From positions 11,494 through 75,493 of the IMG/VR virus record IMGVR_UViG_3300046387_000246: DNA of 64,000 nt; one strand, 5' to 3'. Position 1 is the first letter of the stretch; every line of letters begins with the position of its first letter. The position numbers and the translations under genes are program-made. This document shows positions 1 through 12,100 of this stretch, in pieces. Below the pieces are notes generated by a model. That model saw nothing but the letters and a program-made list of their open reading frames with translations. It had not been told where the DNA came from and made no database searches. Source of the DNA: a virus.

Positions 1-462
1 CCTTCGACTATTCATAGTACACAACCTTGTAATAGTCCTCCTATTGAATTACCAATTATTGTTAAGGACAAAACTTGTTTATGGCCACCAACACCATTGG
101 TTCCATTAACTGCTCTCAATCCAATGCGAGCAACAGTATTGGTAAATGGTTTGCCAATTATGATTAACTCTGATACTTTTACCACACACAGAAGTATCAC
201 AACCAATATTATTAACTATGTGTGCCCTTGTGGTAAGGCAATGTGCATTATACCGACTCCTATTAACTGTAGTTTGCTTACTATGGAAGATATGAAGGGA
301 ATTGGACACGGAAGAACACTATGGGCAACTACATTTACTGTATTTGCGTTCAAAATTCCTATTGGTCGTCTTACAGACCCATTAGGATTCGGTGTAACTG
401 GTAAATCTTGGCCGTGTTCGTCTGCTATTGCCTTTGGAAGTCCAAATGTATTGGCAGGTTGA
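1..462 (+). CDS. PAAR-like spike tip protein (gp5.4-like), 5' end truncated by the window edge
   Basis: Frame 1 is open from base 1 (PSTIHSTQPC...). It has PAAR-type segments TVLVNGLP, IPIGRLTD and a C-terminal CSSAIAFGSPNVLAG, and lies upstream of gp25. Confidence 0.75.
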   Translation, partial: PSTIHSTQPCNSPPIELPIIVKDKTCLWPPTPLVPLTALNPMRATVLVNGLPIMINSDTFTTHRSITTNIINYVCPCGKAMCIIPTPINCSLLTMEDMKGIGHGRTLWATTFTVFAFKIPIGRLTDPLGFGVTGKSWPCSSAIAFGSPNVLAG

Positions 463-470
463 TCTAAATA
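463..470 (+). promoter_or_regulatory. T4-type late promoter (TCTAAATA)
   Basis: Variant of the TATAAATA late -10 box, intergenic, 30 nt upstream of the ATG at 501. Confidence 0.6.
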
Positions 471-500
471 TGCTACAATCCTACTAGATCATTATTTTTT

Positions 501-638
501 ATGGCAGTCTATTCGAATACAAACCTATTGAAGGAACCTAACCCTAAAAAAACACGTCAAGGGATGGGAAAACATAGCAAATTAAGTGCAACTTCACGTA
601 ATCAAAAGCGTAAGAGGTATCGAGGGCAAGGAAAGTGA
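501..638 (+). CDS. Small, very basic hypothetical protein (45 aa, ...PKKTRQG...KRYRGQGK), absent from the ORF track
   Basis: Hand translation gives MAVYSNTNLLKEPNPKKTRQGMGKHSKLSATSRNQKRKRYRGQGK. It fills the gap between PAAR and gp25 and has a late promoter upstream. Confidence 0.8.
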   Translation: MAVYSNTNLLKEPNPKKTRQGMGKHSKLSATSRNQKRKRYRGQGK

Positions 639-645
639 CTAAATA
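638..645 (+). promoter_or_regulatory. T4-type late promoter (ACTAAATA)
   Basis: Late-box variant 27 nt upstream of the gp25 start. Confidence 0.65.
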
Positions 646-672
646 GACATATAATGTCAATATTAACGCTTA

Positions 673-1080
673 ATGGCGTATCGGTTTAACGCAGAAAGAA
701 ATTTATCACGTCAATTCCGTGACCTCAGTATAGGGATGAAAGCAAACCCCAATACTGAGGATTTTTCTATTGTAAAGAATCAGAATGCTATTAAGCAAGC
801 GATGAAAAACCTTATCCTGACAGGATTTGGTGAGAGACCATTTCAACCAACTAAAGGATCTCGTTTACGTCAGATGCTTTTTGAACCTTTTGATGTGTTT
901 ATGTCAGAAGAACTTAAAGAAGAGATGTTTAACGTATTAAAGACTTTTGAACCTCGCATCGTGGTTAATGAAATAAGAATGATACCTGGTGAACCAAATG
1001 AACTAGAAGTGGAAGTTGATTACACCATTGTAGGAGAGACCCTCATACAAACTGTTGATTTCTTATTGGAGAAAGTATAA
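673..1080 (+). CDS. g25: Baseplate wedge subunit gp25
   Basis: GPW/gp25 motifs AIKQAMKNLILT.FGERPFQP..GS and FEPRI; 135 aa; directly upstream of gp6. Confidence 0.93.
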   Translation: MAYRFNAERNLSRQFRDLSIGMKANPNTEDFSIVKNQNAIKQAMKNLILTGFGERPFQPTKGSRLRQMLFEPFDVFMSEELKEEMFNVLKTFEPRIVVNEIRMIPGEPNELEVEVDYTIVGETLIQTVDFLLEKV

Positions 1081-3173
1081 TGGCAGCAATTCCATCCAAT
1101 TTAACCTCGTTAGATTTTACAGAGATCAGAGAATCTATTCGATCATATCTAAGAACAAGAGATGAGTTCACAGATTATGATTTTGACGGTTCTGCTGCAT
1201 CATATCTTTTAGATGTTTTATCATATAACACTTATTATGCTTCATTCACCGCTAATATGGCGATGAACGAGGCTTTTCTCGAATCTGCGACTATTAGAGA
1301 TAACGTTGTTAAAATTGCAAAACAATTAAACTATACACCACGTTCTGTAAAAGCACCAAAAGGATGTGTGCGATTTGCAGTACAAACTACTGTAATTGGT
1401 AATAGCACAGACTATCCTAGTAGTGTAACTATGATTGCAGGTGATGTATTTGTTTCTACAACTGCTGGACAGGGATATACATTCACATTGCCAGAGAATT
1501 TAGTTGCTACTGTTGATCAAGCAACTGGAATCGCAACATTTACACAAGTTGTGATCTATCAAGGTAATACATTAGAGTATGAGTACGTTGTAGAGGACGT
1601 TAAGAAGAGAACATATCTAGTTCCATCAGATGCTATTGATACTGACCTATTAAAGGTCTCTATTGCACCTAACGCACAGTCTGAAGAGATTGACACATAT
1701 AACTTAGTAGAAAATATTGTTGATGTTGATGGAACTACTCGTGGTTACTTCCTTGAAGAGACTGATGACCAAAGATACAACGTAGTTTTTGGTGATGGAG
1801 TTATCTGTCGTCAGTTAATTGCAGGTGAGGTTATTAAACTTAAGTATGTGAAGACTGAAGGAACTGCTGCTAACGGATGTAAGAGATTTAGCTTCATTGG
1901 ACGCATTCAAGATTCAACTGGTCGCTTTGTTGCTACATCAAATGTATCATTAGTGACCATTGACGGTGCACAAGACGGTGAGGACTTAGAATCTACCCTA
2001 TCGATTAAATTCAACGCTCCTAGGGCGTTTAACAGTCAAAACAGGGCAGTTACCGAATCAGACTATGAATACATTACCAAAAAAGTCTATCCTCAAGCAA
2101 AAGCAGTAACTGCTTACGGTGGGGAACGCTTACAACCTCCTGTTTATGGAAAGGTATACATTTCAATTAGGACTAAATCAGGTGCTTTACTTAATACCAC
2201 AACTAAAAAAAGAATCAGGACAGATTTACAAAAATATTCCATCGCTGCGATTGAACCAGTTATCGTTGACCCAATTACCCTCTTTATCAGACCTAAAACT
2301 TGGGCATTCTTTGACGGTAATAAGACTACACTATCAAATAATGAAATTGCGTCTAAAGTTCTTGGAGCTATCGATCAGTACAATTCTCAAGCAGAATCAA
2401 CTCGATTTAATGGTCGTATTGATATCTCTGCTTACCAAACGATGATCGATTCATCAGATCCTGCAATTAGTGGTAATGTCACTCATATGACATTGGGTAT
2501 GAACGTTGCTGGATTTAACTTTGGTCAAACATTTACTCAATGTATTGACTTTGGTAATGAAATCGCTAACCCTAACGATCTTTCAGGAGCAGACAAAGGG
2601 GGAAGTGGTACTGGCACAGATAACGGAGGTACTTGCACACCTAAGTATTCAAGTGTTAAGAGTGGTACATTCTATGCAACTGGTTATACCGAGAGTCTTC
2701 TCGCATTAACTGGAAGCACAAATGGCAATCAGATATCTTCTGCTTCTCTAATAGAGAATGACACTTCTGCATTCCTTCCAGTGAATATTCGTGATGATGG
2801 TTACGGAACTCTAATTTTGGTTACAAAGGTTGACGAAACAGAGACTGTACTGAAAAAGAATGTAGGAACTGTAGATTATAAGAATGGACAGGTATGTTTA
2901 GGACCTATCGATGTAGCAAGTACACCTGATGGAACTAATAGAATCCCTGTTACCGTGATACCTGCATCTAGTAACATAGACGTAGGTCCTGGCTTAGATC
3001 CAGCAATCTTTAACCCAACTGTTCAGTCGATTGATTACACGATTGATACAACAAATGCTAAAACATTTGACCCATTTGACTTTACTCCTATCAACTTCGA
3101 TGGTAGTTCTATAAATATCATTGATTATCCAACCACTGTATACGAAGTACCAGAATTTAATTCTTGCTTCTAG
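1080..3173 (+). CDS. g6: Baseplate wedge subunit gp6
   Basis: LDFTEIRESIRSYL..FTDYDFDGS..LLDVLSYNT..ANMAMNEAFLESA, FGDGV, QNRAVTESDYE and YGKVYISI motifs; 697 aa. Confidence 0.95.
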   Translation: MAAIPSNLTSLDFTEIRESIRSYLRTRDEFTDYDFDGSAASYLLDVLSYNTYYASFTANMAMNEAFLESATIRDNVVKIAKQLNYTPRSVKAPKGCVRFAVQTTVIGNSTDYPSSVTMIAGDVFVSTTAGQGYTFTLPENLVATVDQATGIATFTQVVIYQGNTLEYEYVVEDVKKRTYLVPSDAIDTDLLKVSIAPNAQSEEIDTYNLVENIVDVDGTTRGYFLEETDDQRYNVVFGDGVICRQLIAGEVIKLKYVKTEGTAANGCKRFSFIGRIQDSTGRFVATSNVSLVTIDGAQDGEDLESTLSIKFNAPRAFNSQNRAVTESDYEYITKKVYPQAKAVTAYGGERLQPPVYGKVYISIRTKSGALLNTTTKKRIRTDLQKYSIAAIEPVIVDPITLFIRPKTWAFFDGNKTTLSNNEIASKVLGAIDQYNSQAESTRFNGRIDISAYQTMIDSSDPAISGNVTHMTLGMNVAGFNFGQTFTQCIDFGNEIANPNDLSGADKGGSGTGTDNGGTCTPKYSSVKSGTFYATGYTESLLALTGSTNGNQISSASLIENDTSAFLPVNIRDDGYGTLILVTKVDETETVLKKNVGTVDYKNGQVCLGPIDVASTPDGTNRIPVTVIPASSNIDVGPGLDPAIFNPTVQSIDYTIDTTNAKTFDPFDFTPINFDGSSINIIDYPTTVYEVPEFNSCF
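3110..3117 (+). promoter_or_regulatory. T4-type late promoter (TATAAATA) for the giant gp7-like gene
   Basis: Perfect consensus inside the 3' end of g6, about 72 nt upstream of the ATG at 3190. Confidence 0.7.
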
Positions 3174-3189
3174 TCTCTAAAAACATAAG

Positions 3190-6100
3190 ATGAAGGCTAT
3201 TACAATATCAGATAGGTTGCAGGATCAAATTCCTGCATTCATTAAAGAAGATAACGACCAGTTTGTCAATCTTTTAACGCAATATTATAAATCTCAAGAG
3301 AAATCGGGTCGTCCGTACGATGTTTTAAGTAACATACTGAGATATACAGATATTGGTTCGGGAGAATTTGACCCAAATTTCCTTTCTTCTACCTCTGCTG
3401 TACTAGAAAGAGTAGATCCGACACAAAAAACTATAATTGCAGAAAACGTAAATTACTTCCTCGAAAATGATGGTACAATTAAGATCGATGAAGAAGTCAT
3501 TTACTATGACAAAATTACACACTCTCCTGACATTGTTTTCACGCCTGGTGTTGACAAAGCCGAATTCGATAGAAAAATCCAAGAATTCGAACCAATTTCT
3601 GATCAATTTGATGGTTCAACAACGCTATTTCCTTTAAGGTTACTTGGAAAACCTGTAACTCCTCAAAGTTCACAACATCTTCTTGTTATTGTAAATAACG
3701 AGTTTAAATATCCAGATGTAGACTATTTCCTTGAAGGAGATAAGATACGTCTTGTAAACCCCCCAGAAACCCCTACAGGACTGCTTACAGGTGCTATCAA
3801 TACAGTTCGTTACCTAATTGGTTACACAAGCATTCCTGTACGTTCTCTGGACACCATTACTGTTGCTAATGATGCTAAAGAATTTGAATTAAAGTTAGAC
3901 GGATCAAGTTATACTCCATTATCTACTGTATCTTCTATAGTTGTTGTTAATAGAGTAGAAAAACGTCCATATGAAGATTTTACAATATTTGAAAATAAAT
4001 TAATCTTTAAAGAGGATATTGGTGAAAATTCTGTTATCGCTATTCGTTCAATTGAACTTATTGCACCTGAATTTGGTGGTGGTGCGAGTGCAGTTGCTCA
4101 AATTGAAGATGAGAAGTTAAAATCAGTTATTGTTAAGGAAGGTGGTAGTGGATATCGTTTAAGTTTCGCTCCTAAGATTAGTGTTGCGTCAACTAAGGGT
4201 ACTGGGTTTGGTGCTACTGCTGAAGCACTTGTTAATGGTATTAAAGAGACTCAATTACTATTTGCAGGACAAGGTTACGCTTCAAACAATCCTCCAGTTG
4301 TTATTGTTGACTCACCTGCTGACCCTGAAGGTAAAACTGCTCAAATCCGTGCAGTTGTTGATGATTCCATCGAAGGGGTCTCACAACTCATTGTAGACAG
4401 TTCAGGAAGTGGTTACGATAGGATCCCATCGATCAAATTCCAGAATCCTGGTGGTGCAACCATTAGTAACCCAACGTTAACTAACGGTGTGATCGATCCT
4501 GATTCAATTACTGTCACAGATGATGGTTCAGGATATACTACTGCACCTCTTGTGTATTTGGATCTTCCAACAGGTGACAATGCCATAAGAGCTAACGTTG
4601 TTGCAACAATTGATGCATTCGGGCGTGTTAATGGCATTACAGTCGTTTCAGGAGGACAAGGTTACACCAGTGTTCCTAGAGCACGTATTATTGATCCTGT
4701 AGGTGCACAAATACTTGATGTCAATGTAACTGCGGGTAGAGTTACTAATATTGAACTATTAACTGGTGGTGCAGGTTACACAGACGCTCCATCGGTGTAT
4801 ATCGTTGATAATAGGAAGGATATTACTGGTGCACCAGCTGGTGGTACTGGAGCAACTGCTGTTGCAACCATATTCAACGGAGAGATTACTGATATCAATA
4901 TAACCAGTTTTGGAAATGGATACTCAGAAACAGAACCTCCTCAAGTTTTTATTGCTGCTCCACCTGCACCTGAAGCGTCTTGTGACGTTGGTTTTGGTGA
5001 AATTACTGGATTTACGATCCATAGTGCAGGTTCTGGATATCAACCATCTGCATTTGTTAACTGTAAGCGTGGTGTTTCTAGCACATCTTCATTTGATCAG
5101 AAAGGAAACCAAGTATACAGTACAGAAGCATCTACAATTCAATCTTCACACGAGATTGGAGGAGTCATTCACAACCTAGATACACTCTTTGCTAAGGAAT
5201 TATACAGAAGGTACGTAAATCAATATCTACCAAATGCGGAAATTGACTATGAAAAAGTAAATGCTCCGCAGATCATTAAAACTATTTCGGATTTTTACGC
5301 ATCTAAGGGTACAAAGATCTCAACACAGTACCTATTCAAGATGCTGTTCTCTGAGAATGTGGATGTATCTTATCCAAAAGATGAGGTTATTAAACCATCT
5401 GCTGCATCTTGGAACGTAGATACAGTCCTCCGTGCTGAACTTATAGAAGGTGATCCTATTGATTTACTTGATTCACAGTTAATTCAGTATGTGGATGACG
5501 TAGATAACTCTGTTAAGGGTGCATCTGCACTGATTGAGAACGTTATTGCTATCAATACTGGTGTAGGAACTGTATATGAACTTGCTATATCTGAGGAAAC
5601 ACTACAGGGTTCATTCACTATACCCTACAAAACAACTCTTGTAGAATCACTTAACACTACAGAATCAATCATTACTGTTGACTCTACGATTGGTTGGCCA
5701 GAAAGAAACGGAACTATCCGTATTAATGATACTGAGCAAGTACAATATAAGGAAAAGACACTTAACCAGTTCATTGAGTGTACACGTTCTAAGAATGGTG
5801 TTGTTGAAGATTGGGATGCGGGAACTGTAATTCACTCTGATATATTTGTATATTGCAATCGTGGAACCAATACTGAGATTAAATTGCGTGTTTTAGGTAT
5901 TGCTGATGCAAAATCTACCGTATTGACTGATACTGGTTCGTACTACTTACCTGGTGATAAATTAAACGTTGCATCTCTAGGTTCTACTGCTACAGATCAG
6001 CGTATCACTTCTTGGTTGTATAACGTTAAGAAACTGATAAACGTTACTGATATTGTACCTGGCGGACTTAATAACCAGACTGCAACCGTAACTTGCTCTA

Positions 6101-9100
6101 ATAAGCACGGTCTTCTTGTTGGTGACACTGTTACCATCTACGGTGCAAACCCAACTGTGTTCAACGGTACGTTCCTAGTTACTTCACGTATTAGTGATTT
6201 CCTCTTTGAATACAATATACCTGCACCAGCAGATGCTGCTCCACAAGGTAATATCCTCCTATCTGTTGACTTGAATAAAGGTAAGTCTACAGAAGAAGGT
6301 ATCAGCATTGCAATTAGAGACTTTACTACAAACGTACAAAATACATTCTTTGACGATACACACTCATACATCGCTTCTTCAGGTATACCGAACTATCAGG
6401 TAGGTCCTTTCGTAGGTTCTGCACTGTTACCAGGTAACCAACGTAAACTTATACGTATACCACGTGTCATCAATACAATAAGTAAACGTGAACAAACAAG
6501 TTTCGGTCCTATCGGAGCCTGGGTGAACGGAGTTTCTGCCTGGTCATACAAGTCTGAAACAAAAATTAAGTACGGTGGTGTTATAGACATCTCCATAACA
6601 AACGTTGGACAGGGATATGATGCAGCGAATCCTCCTGTTATTGAGATTAGTGGAGGAAATGGTACAGGTGCTGCTGCTAGTGTTGTTGTAAACGGAGCGT
6701 TAAGTGAGATTGAAGTTACTTCTGGTGGTACTGGTTATACTTCTAGTCCTCTTGTTTCTATCGTGGGTGGTAACGGATTCGGTGCAACTGCTACTGCTGT
6801 TATTACAAACGGTGTAGTTTCTAAGATCTTAGTAGAAAACCCAGGTCAAGGATATACATCTCAACCTGATGTGTCTATTTCAGGTGGTGAAGGAACAGGT
6901 GCAACTGCTACTGCTGAAGTTCGCGGACCTATTCAGTCTGTAAGTATTGACAATGCAGGTTCATCTTATACCGCATCTCCTACTATTAAACTAAATTCAG
7001 GTGAAGGTGCTGTTGCACAATCAATCATTATTAATGGTCGTATCGTTTCAATCGCTATTATTGCAGCAGGTCGTGCATATACTACTGCACCAGAGATTGT
7101 AATCAATGGAGATGGTTATGGTGCTGTGGCAAGAGCTACAATTGGTACAGTTGGTGAAGATAGAGGTAAGGTTATTGGTGTTACAGTTGTAAATAGAGGT
7201 ATAGGATATACAACAGGTAACACAACGATCCGATTGGAAGCAGTCGGTGAGATGGCGACATTCACTGCAAACGTTTTTGAGTGGACACGTAACCTACAAG
7301 ATGAATTAGGACAATCCTTTGATACAGCACGCGGTTATGTGTTTGCAGGTTACAACACTCAGTATGGTGGTGAATATGCTCACGTATCTGATCCAAAACA
7401 GCTCCGTTACGTCTTAGGCGATAATGTCTTCAAAAACCAATCGACTCAACAATTACAAGAACTTGCTACTGGGTGGTTACATTCTCCGATTCTTGGATGG
7501 GCATTCGATGGTAACCCCATTTATGGTCCTTATGGTTACATTGATGCTACCGACCAGTCTTCTGGTGTACGTCGTATTAGAAGCTCTTATAAGATTAAGG
7601 ATGTCTTAATCTATGACGCTGCAACTAACCCAACTCCAGTAAGAGCAGACGGACCTCTACTAAGCAACTATTCAGCTGGATCATTTATTGAAGATTATGA
7701 ATATACTTTCCAATATGGTGACTTAGATCAATATAACGGGCGTTTTTGTAAGACTCCTGAATTCCCTGAAGGCATATATGCGTACTTTGTGTCTATCGAT
7801 GCATCAGATGCAGGTAATCCTATATTCCCATACATATGCGGTTCTCAACTTTATTCTAAAGCAGATGAGTGGAACTACAGTCAGAATGCTGTTCAAACAA
7901 ATATTCCATTAGGTGTTGTTAGATTTAGAGATCCATATGAAGATGTTGACATCGATATTGATCGTCAACCAAACCAAGATACTGATATTCTTGTAACTGA
8001 ATTTGGTGAGGAACTTATCTTTGAAATTGAAGATACAAACCGTGATGGTGTTATCAATAATTTAGAAGATAGTACACCTATTAATATTGCAGAAGAACCT
8101 GTACTTCAGTTATTCGATTACTATCCTAAAGTTTCTACTAGATCAGAAGTTGATATTGACATTGAAACTACGACTAAATTTGAGGATGCTCAAGTTGATG
8201 GATTTGTGGTAGAGAATCCTGGTATTTCTTATAAAGTAAACGATAAACTATACTTTGATAATACAGATACAGAAGGATTTGGTGCTTCTGCTAAAGTTGA
8301 CTCAGTTAAAGGTCTTTCAATATCTGGTTATTCTTCATATATGGCGAATGATATACCTTATGGTCGTATCACTACTCCTTCAGAACACGAATTGCGTATT
8401 GGTGATGAAGTTATCGTTACCAGTAATCCTATATTAGATTCTACAAATAAAACTTATAGAGTTAAAGTTATATCTGGTGTTGAAGAATTAACAATTACAC
8501 AGAATGGTGTTGGTTATTCTTCTGAACTACCTCCAACCTATGAGTTGATTACTGACACAGGACAAGATTTCCAACTTTCTCTGGTTAGAACTGATGCAGG
8601 TGGTGTTTCACAAGCAAATATTATCAACTCTGGTTCTGGATACAGTGCTTCTAATCCTCCACAGATCAGAGTATCACATCCACAGAGATATAAGAAAGCA
8701 ACTTACTTCTTATCCTTTATTAAAGAAGCAACTGGTATTCTTTCAGTAAATGACGTTAGAGTCGCTGATGACCGTACTATCTACGTTGTTGGACAAAGAG
8801 ATATAACTGGTGGTGATACTTGTGGTGTTCTTGCTAAGTTCAACAGTGATGGTCGTTTACTTTGGCAGAGAACCTTAGTTCCTACAGTTCCAAATGCTAA
8901 TCCCAAGTCACTAAAATGGAATTCACTATATGTCGAAAACAGCAATCCTCATAATATCTACGTTATTGGTGAAACTGTTCCTAATATTACTAACTTAACT
9001 CATAACCCAGACGTTATCGTTGCAAAATATACTTCAGGATTTGATAATGCAAACAACCCTGATGGTATTCTTCAGTGGCAACGTGATATTGCAGGTATAT

Positions 9101-12100
9101 CTGGTGCTACAAGAAGGGACTATGCTACTTCTATTGCTCTTGATCAAGATGGAAGAGTAATGATAGGTGGTTATACAGACTCTAACAGTTTGTATGCTGA
9201 CGATATGTGGGTTGCTTTACTTGATATCGATGGATCTATTATGGAGAAGCGTAAAATCGCTTCTAGTGCAGTCAGTGAAAGATTACATCAGTTAAAGTGG
9301 AAGTCTACAGATAGATTCCTTTTTGTTGGTATTAACGAACCAGATAATACCTCTGACATCATTATTGGTGAAACTGTCTATGATAGTGCAACTATTGAAT
9401 TAGCTTGGTCTAAGAAGATCACTAATGCATCTTACAAGTTTAAGAATCCAACATTTACTATTGATGAATATGGTTCTGTATATGTAACTGCTACTGCTGT
9501 TAATACTGATGGTAAGAATTATGGTGTTTTATATGTAAAATTTGACAATGACGTTTATACTTCTACCATACACCAAAAGATCTTTGTACCAAGTGGTACT
9601 TATCAGAGTTGTGAGAATGGTGGAGTTAAATTTGATATCTTTGGTAACGTTGATGTATCTTGTTCTGTACAGGAAGATTTCAATGCTGCTAAATCTGTAA
9701 CTCTAAAGGTAGGTTGGAACACAGGTACCGCTATTAATTCTACAGTTCTATCAGAAACAAGTGGTATTGGTTTCAAACCTGTTGCAGTATCTAATGATAA
9801 CTCAGGTGATACTATTGTTGTTGGTAATAAAGTTGAATCTGACCAACTTGCAATCTTTAACTGGGATACTGCTGATAACTTATTTGATGAGACATATAAT
9901 GACACTTTAAAAACTGGTACAAACAAACAGTGGTATGCTACTGGTAACGCTGTAATTGATGACACTAAGAAATTTGCTGGTGCATCTTCTATTAAATTAG
10001 ATGCTGCTAACTCTCTTGCACTTCAGTATGGATCAGATGTAGCAACCAGTTGGACTATGGAGGGATTCTGGGCACTAGGATCTACTCAGTACGCTGCTGC
10101 TAATACAAAACCAATATTCTATACATCTACTGATAATGCAGGTAACGTTGTTAAATTTGGTCTTGATGCTGATCAAAGTAGTCCCAACTACGGTAAATCA
10201 TTTATAGACATCTCAGGTACAACTACATTCTCTGCTGCATCTGTATACTTTGCTGTACTTAATAATGAAGTATTCATTCACGTAGCAGCAGTTAAAGAAC
10301 GTGTTGGAGTTGGAGATTACAAATATAGATTCTTTATTAATGGTATTGAAACACAAGTTCTTACAAGTACCACAATTGATGTTAATTTAAAAGATGCTAG
10401 TGTGGGTCCTGATGGAACACCTGGTTCAGTCAATAACTGGATTGGTTGGATTGACAACATAGTCATCTCACCGACCGCCAAGTATGTTGAAGCGTTTACT
10501 CCCCCTGATACACCGATTCTTGGTTCTAATAGTATCAGTAAAGGTTTCTTATACAAGGTTGACAAAGATAAAACACAGTTAGGATCATTTACTCTTAACG
10601 ATGTTGAATCAGGACATCAGATAACTCTTGCTTCTACATCTGCATATACATTCAATACTCAAGCAGTAACGCTGAATCCTTGGACAATAGGTCCTGCTGG
10701 TATTCAAATCCTTGACTATGGTGATGTAGTAGCACAGCACGTACCTGGTGTATTTACAGTCACATCTACAGATCAGTCTTACGCTAATAAAACTTCTACT
10801 ATTCCTACACCAGGTGGTAAGAAATTACTTCTTACAACTACTGTTGTACCAAAATACTACTTCAAGGATGCAACATATACACAAATTGACCTTGTTAAGA
10901 CAATATCATTTAATCAACCAGCTACATTCACTAAAGGTGCTACATTACAACAGTATTCAGTGATTGGTGGTTCTGATGTTATATCTGCGTATGGTCAAAT
11001 TGTTGAAGTAGGAGCTAGTTCTGTCAAGATTGGTAAGATTATTGGTACATTTGATAACACAAAACTACTAAAATCAACTGCTAATGACATAAATGAACTA
11101 GAAAGGAACTTTACAGAAGAAAAAACAGAAACACAATGGGCAACTAACTTCAATTACACTGTTGGAGATGTAGTTTATAACGATAAAAAACTCTATACTG
11201 CACAAACAACTGGTGTTTCAAGTACAATTGCACCTGTACATACAACTGGAGTTGTTTCTGATGGTGCTATTAACTGGGCTTATACCTCAGCATCAGGCAT
11301 ATATGTTGTAGATCTTGCAAATACATCTTATAATGGCAGTACATTAGCAACATTTGCTTCTTGGAAAGCATTCTCAGCGTCTGATTACACTATTAAGATT
11401 GAAGAAATCTATGATGACTCCAACTTTATTAAAGGAGACACCATTGATGCTGATGCTGTCAACCTACAATTTGCTGTTGATGCTACTGGTAAGATAGCAA
11501 CCTTCACTGGACTGCTTGGTGTTAAGAAGATATCTTTAATTGCAAAACTTAATAAGGACGTAATTCCTTCTGGATCACTTACAAACACTGATTTAGTATA
11601 TTGTTCTGCTGCAAGTAGACATAATTTCGAACTTAATGACATTATATTCACTGAAAACTTTGGTACTAATGATTATAATGGTTCATTCTTCGTAGAAGAG
11701 ATATTTAATTCTAGAGACTTCAGTTTCCGTCTAAGAAGCACTGCTGTACAAGATCCTACCTTTGCTGGAACTGGATCTTCAGTAGCTAACGTCAATATTT
11801 ACGCTAAACATCCTAAATTCCTCTTTGTTAGAGGTCATCAGTACATTTTTGACCTTGATGATGCTTCTAACTTAGGATATTACTTGTCATTCTCTAAAGA
11901 TAACCAGTATAAACTGGAATATCCTTTCATTAATATCGTTAGAGAAGGTACACCAGGTTTCACTGATGATGATTCACCAACTCCATTGGTTAAATTTATC
12001 ATTAACGAAGACGTTACTAATATTTCATACTACTTTGACCCTTCTAGAACAGGTGCAAACTCTCCTGTTGGTGAAGGATCATTCATTGACGTTATAACTT

